DNA from: a virus
IMG/VR virus record: IMGVR_UViG_3300035137_000063
Location: 1-49,318 of that record
Length of the DNA stretch: 49,318 nucleotides
Direction: 5' to 3' (one strand)
Positions 46,367 through 49,318 of this stretch are shown here, piece by piece. Each line of letters starts with the position of its first letter. Within the stretch, counting starts at the first letter, position 1. The notes below the pieces were generated by a model. That model made no database searches, had not been told where the DNA came from, and saw only the letters and a program-made list of their open reading frames with translations. Made by a program: the position numbers and the translations under genes.

Positions 46367-46506
46367 TGAGGGCATTGACCACATCAATCGAGGATAGGCT
46401 GCGTGAGGCAGCGGACGTGCTGGATCCCGCCGACACGCTCGTCCGCGATGTGCTGCACGGGCTGGCGGCGGGCATTGTCGAGGACACAGTGCGCGCATAT
46501 GATTAG
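46366..46506 (+). CDS. Very small hypothetical ORF (46 aa), not in the ORF track
   Basis: ATG overlaps the upstream TGA by 1 nt (ctgATGagg). The ORF fills the gap to the next gene. Confidence 0.35.
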   Translation: MRALTTSIEDRLREAADVLDPADTLVRDVLHGLAAGIVEDTVRAYD

Positions 46507-46514
46507 ATGGCGAC

Positions 46515-47402
46515 ATGCAGATCCACATGCGAAGGCACCAGGGACAACATCCTGCTTACTGCCAGGGATTTGCGCAGGGGATCAAGGACATGACTTTCCC
46601 CAGTTACACACAGGCGTGGTCGGAAATATTGGACGCATCCGGCCTGGAGGATCTGGCCCGCGAGAAACACGGCCATGATCTTCTGGATGGTGTGGAAAAA
46701 GGCAAGCATGGGGCCCCTCTGGACTATGTGTTCAGGCGCTTGTGCAGCAGGTATGGCGTAAAATCCTGGCGGGATGTAGAGGATGTGCTGGTGCTGATGC
46801 GCACGGTTGACGGCTTCGAGCATTTGCGGGTACCGGACATACACCTCGAGGATTTGGCCGAGCTCGAGATCTGTGGCCCGAAGGTGGGCATATGCGATCA
46901 CACATCCGTTGCCCGCGGCACCTACTCCAGTGAATGGATCACCCCGTCTTGGGTGTTGGAGATATCGGTGCTGTTATACGGATCGGTACATGTGGACTTG
47001 GCTAGCAGCAAGGAAGCCAACTGGCATGTGACAGCACAGTCCTATTGGTCCGCGGACAACCCGTGCCCAACCAAACCCAATGTGCCTGCTGGCCATGTGA
47101 TATGGTGCAACCCTCCTGGTCCTTGTGTACTAGTGAAGAAGTTTTGGCAGGCGTGGCAGTACTGCATAGCCGATGGAGCGTACGGCTCTTTTCTGATCTT
47201 CAAGCAGGATCATTGGAGGCAGATCCCTGCTCCGTCAATGGATGTGACAGCGCTCGTGCTCAGGCGCCGCATACGGTTTGTGGGAGCCAAGGGAGGGGCT
47301 AATTTCCCGAGCACGTTGATATTGTCTGGTGATCAATTGGACAAACCCTGGCTGTACGACTACGGCCATTTGATGTTGTGGAAAGGCAGACAACAATGCT
47401 AA
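46515..47402 (+). CDS. Phage Dam-family N6-adenine DNA methyltransferase homologue with an atypical NPPG catalytic motif
   Basis: SEWITPSWV, VDLASS, HVIWCNPPGP and RRIRFVG in the canonical order. There is a ~135-aa N-terminal extension. Confidence 0.7.
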   Translation: MQIHMRRHQGQHPAYCQGFAQGIKDMTFPSYTQAWSEILDASGLEDLAREKHGHDLLDGVEKGKHGAPLDYVFRRLCSRYGVKSWRDVEDVLVLMRTVDGFEHLRVPDIHLEDLAELEICGPKVGICDHTSVARGTYSSEWITPSWVLEISVLLYGSVHVDLASSKEANWHVTAQSYWSADNPCPTKPNVPAGHVIWCNPPGPCVLVKKFWQAWQYCIADGAYGSFLIFKQDHWRQIPAPSMDVTALVLRRRIRFVGAKGGANFPSTLILSGDQLDKPWLYDYGHLMLWKGRQQC

Positions 47403-47611
47403 TCATGCACATCGATTCAATGCCGCGGTATTCAATGGTGTTCAGGTGCCCATCGTGTTTTCGGACATACAGGTGTGGTGAGTATGATTCGGCCGTGACA
47501 TGTGATACCATGGACATCAAATGCATATACTGTGGCAAGGTGTACGGCCACAAGTTGCCTGTATTCGAGGATTCCTTGTGCTTGGATTCTATGGAGATCA
47601 ACCGCGGATAG
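47396..47611 (+). CDS. Small zinc-ribbon protein, paralogue family member 2
   Basis: Pattern FRCPSC...IKCIYCGKVYGHKLP. ATG 47396 overlaps the upstream stop (ATGCTAA). Confidence 0.5.
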   Translation: MLIMHIDSMPRYSMVFRCPSCFRTYRCGEYDSAVTCDTMDIKCIYCGKVYGHKLPVFEDSLCLDSMEINRG

Positions 47612-47661
47612 TGACCTGGAGGTTGTCCAGAAGACATTCAACAAGGTAAGGAGAATTCGTA

Positions 47662-47898
47662 ATGGCAGAATCTTATGTTATGTGGGTTAAAGCAATCTTG
47701 AGGATAAAATCCCTACAAGGTACTTTTACTTGCAGGGAGTGCTCTACAACACAAAAAGTGGTATTGGAGAGCATTCTCGATTATTGGGAAACCCTTACCG
47801 TGGCATGTGTGGCATGTGGAGCGGAATACTGCTATAAGCTGCCGCGGTTTGCACAGAACCAGGATGTGTTTTTGCGTGGGGCCGGTGATGGACAATGA
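47662..47898 (+). CDS. Small zinc-ribbon protein, paralogue family member 3
   Basis: AAGGAG lies 8 nt upstream. Pattern FTCRECS...VACVACGAEYCYKLP. Confidence 0.55.
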   Translation: MAESYVMWVKAILRIKSLQGTFTCRECSTTQKVVLESILDYWETLTVACVACGAEYCYKLPRFAQNQDVFLRGAGDGQ

Positions 47899-48274
47899 CT
47901 TGGACAAGGCTCGCGTACAACAGTGCGAGTTCAACGACCGAAACAAGATCGAACCGATGATCAACGTGCAGGCGATTAGGTTTCACGACGGAAGGCATGC
48001 GGCGATCATGCGTGTGCGCAAGGGCCGCCGCACGGGTGGTCGCAAGATAGGCATGCAAGAACAGGGTTGGTTGGAACTGTGGCCTTTGAACAAGGCTGTG
48101 TTTTGCGCGGGCGAGACGGTGCAGTGTGATGGCACCGATGATCGCGGCAATCCTTGTGTTGTACACCTGCGCATCGGAGGGCCTTGCGGGCCCAAGGGCC
48201 GTTGGCTCAGGGCCCGCAAGGTGCGGGCAGTGCGCAAGATTGAAGTCAAGCTGGGGGACAAGGCCGGTACATGA
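47888..48274 (+). CDS. Basic hypothetical protein (128 aa)
   Basis: ATG 47888 overlaps the upstream gene's 3' end by 11 nt (ATGGACAATGA). The stop overlaps the nuclease start (ATGA). Confidence 0.5.
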   Translation: MDNDLDKARVQQCEFNDRNKIEPMINVQAIRFHDGRHAAIMRVRKGRRTGGRKIGMQEQGWLELWPLNKAVFCAGETVQCDGTDDRGNPCVVHLRIGGPCGPKGRWLRARKVRAVRKIEVKLGDKAGT

Positions 48275-49318
48275 TCCTACCTGGTGTCCAAATCCCTTCT
48301 GCACACAGGCCTGCACATCCCGGTCCTTATGGCTGGGCTCTGGTGTCCTCGTATCCCGTACTGAGTGCTACGCAGATCAACACGTACCTGGACTGCGAGC
48401 GCAAATGGGCGTTGCGGTGGATTGCAGGCCTGCCCGACAAAAAAGACGACGGGCCCAGGGATTTTGGCAAAGAGGTGCACAAGCATCAGGACAGGTGGCT
48501 CAAAGCAGGCATTGCGCCGCCGGACACGCCGACGGGCCGTGTGGCGCAGACGCTGATCAAGTGGCTGCCTTCCCCTGGTTTGGCGCTGCCCGAGTTTCCG
48601 TTTGAATGGCTGCCTAATGGACAGCCTTTCGCGCTGCGAGGTGCGATAGATTGTCTGCAGCTGCAGCCCGACGGCATACCGTGGATAGAGGACACCAAGA
48701 TCACAGGTAGCAACTTCCAATGGATGAAGTCCAGAGATGATCTGTTGGAGGACGTGCAGGCTGTGATCTATGCTGCGTTTGCGCTTCAAAAGTTTTCTTC
48801 ATTGAAGGTGCATTGCAGATGGTTGTACGGCCTGCGCACAAAAAGCAAGCCCAGGCCGGCCAGGCCGGTGGATTTCGAGATGGGCCTCGCACATGTGGCT
48901 GATAGGTTTGGCCTGGTGTGTGAGGTGGCACAAAGGATGGTACTCGCGATAGAGCAGAGAGTGCGTCCGGAGGACATGCCTCCGCGCGACGCATGCAACC
49001 AGTATGGTGGATGTCCGTATATGGGCAATGGATGCGGCATGACGCCGCAAGAAAGGTTTGGTTTGATCATGGCAGAGAACAAGCCACGTGAAATGTCATT
49101 GCAGGAAAAGGTGGCAGCACACATGCAGGCCACCGGTCAATCGCTCCCGGCACAGCCTGTCAACCCGCCGGAGTCCGCCGGGCCGGTGCCGGTGCAGCAG
49201 CCGCCTCCAGTGCAGCAGCCGCCTCCAGTGCAGCAGCCGCCTCCAGTGCAGCAGCCGCCTCCAGTGCAGCAGCCGCCTCCAGTGCAGCAGCCGCCTCCAG
49301 TGCAGCAGCCGCCTCCAG
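48271..49318 (+). CDS. Cas4-like PD-(D/E)XK exonuclease, 5' part. The ORF runs off the window end into the PPVQQP repeat and continues at 2..445.
   Basis: My codon-by-codon translation found no stop. Motifs: YLDCERKW (Cys1), AIDCL, IEDTKI (D-x-K), QAVIYA (QxxxY) and CNQYGGCPYMGNGC (three more Cys). Confidence 0.8.
   Translation, partial: MILPGVQIPSAHRPAHPGPYGWALVSSYPVLSATQINTYLDCERKWALRWIAGLPDKKDDGPRDFGKEVHKHQDRWLKAGIAPPDTPTGRVAQTLIKWLPSPGLALPEFPFEWLPNGQPFALRGAIDCLQLQPDGIPWIEDTKITGSNFQWMKSRDDLLEDVQAVIYAAFALQKFSSLKVHCRWLYGLRTKSKPRPARPVDFEMGLAHVADRFGLVCEVAQRMVLAIEQRVRPEDMPPRDACNQYGGCPYMGNGCGMTPQERFGLIMAENKPREMSLQEKVAAHMQATGQSLPAQPVNPPESAGPVPVQQPPPVQQPPPVQQPPPVQQPPPVQQPPPVQQPPPVQQPPP
49192..49318 (+). 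repeat. 18-bp in-frame tandem repeat, 7 units, truncated by the window end
   Basis: Units start at 49192, 49210, ... 49300. Positions 49203-49318 equal 1-116. Confidence 0.95.

Overview
The window reads as one complete, visibly GC-rich dsDNA phage genome with a contractile-tail (myovirus-type) structural module. It is cut inside an in-frame 18-bp tandem repeat, and its last 116 nt are identical to its first 116 nt. It is therefore a circularly closed or terminally redundant assembly, and one gene (Cas4-like nuclease, 48271 -> junction -> 445) spans the junction.

There are three transcription blocks:
- Block i, + strand, 48271 -> junction -> 11549 (replication and early genes): Cas4-like PD-(D/E)XK nuclease, SF2 helicase, a P/Q-repeat protein, family A DNA polymerase, HD hydrolase, RuvC-like resolvase, two HTH proteins, then many small acidic, zinc-ribbon or membrane proteins.
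- Block ii, - strand, 40944 -> 11463: tandem-RHH regulator, small genes, HNH-like protein, dCMP deaminase, ParB-like/Dcm/Vsr trio, TerS/TerL, portal, MuF-like protein, scaffold-protease, decoration protein, major capsid, connectors, sheath, tube, frameshifted chaperones, tape measure, simple baseplate, two BNR-propeller fibre proteins, three exported proteins, and an amidase/holin/spanin-like lysis cassette.
- Block iii, + strand, 41432 -> 48274: AEP-primase/SF3-helicase fusion, hexapeptide-repeat protein, Orn-like exonuclease, Dam-like methyltransferase, and zinc-ribbon paralogues.

Blocks ii and iii diverge from a ~480-bp non-coding region containing direct repeats and a sharply AT-rich island. 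I recognised no integrase, excisionase, phage RNA polymerase, tRNA, rRNA or CRISPR array. The amidase plus spanin-like genes suggest a diderm (Gram-negative) host.

All functional calls rest on motifs I could read in the translations. No database search was possible.
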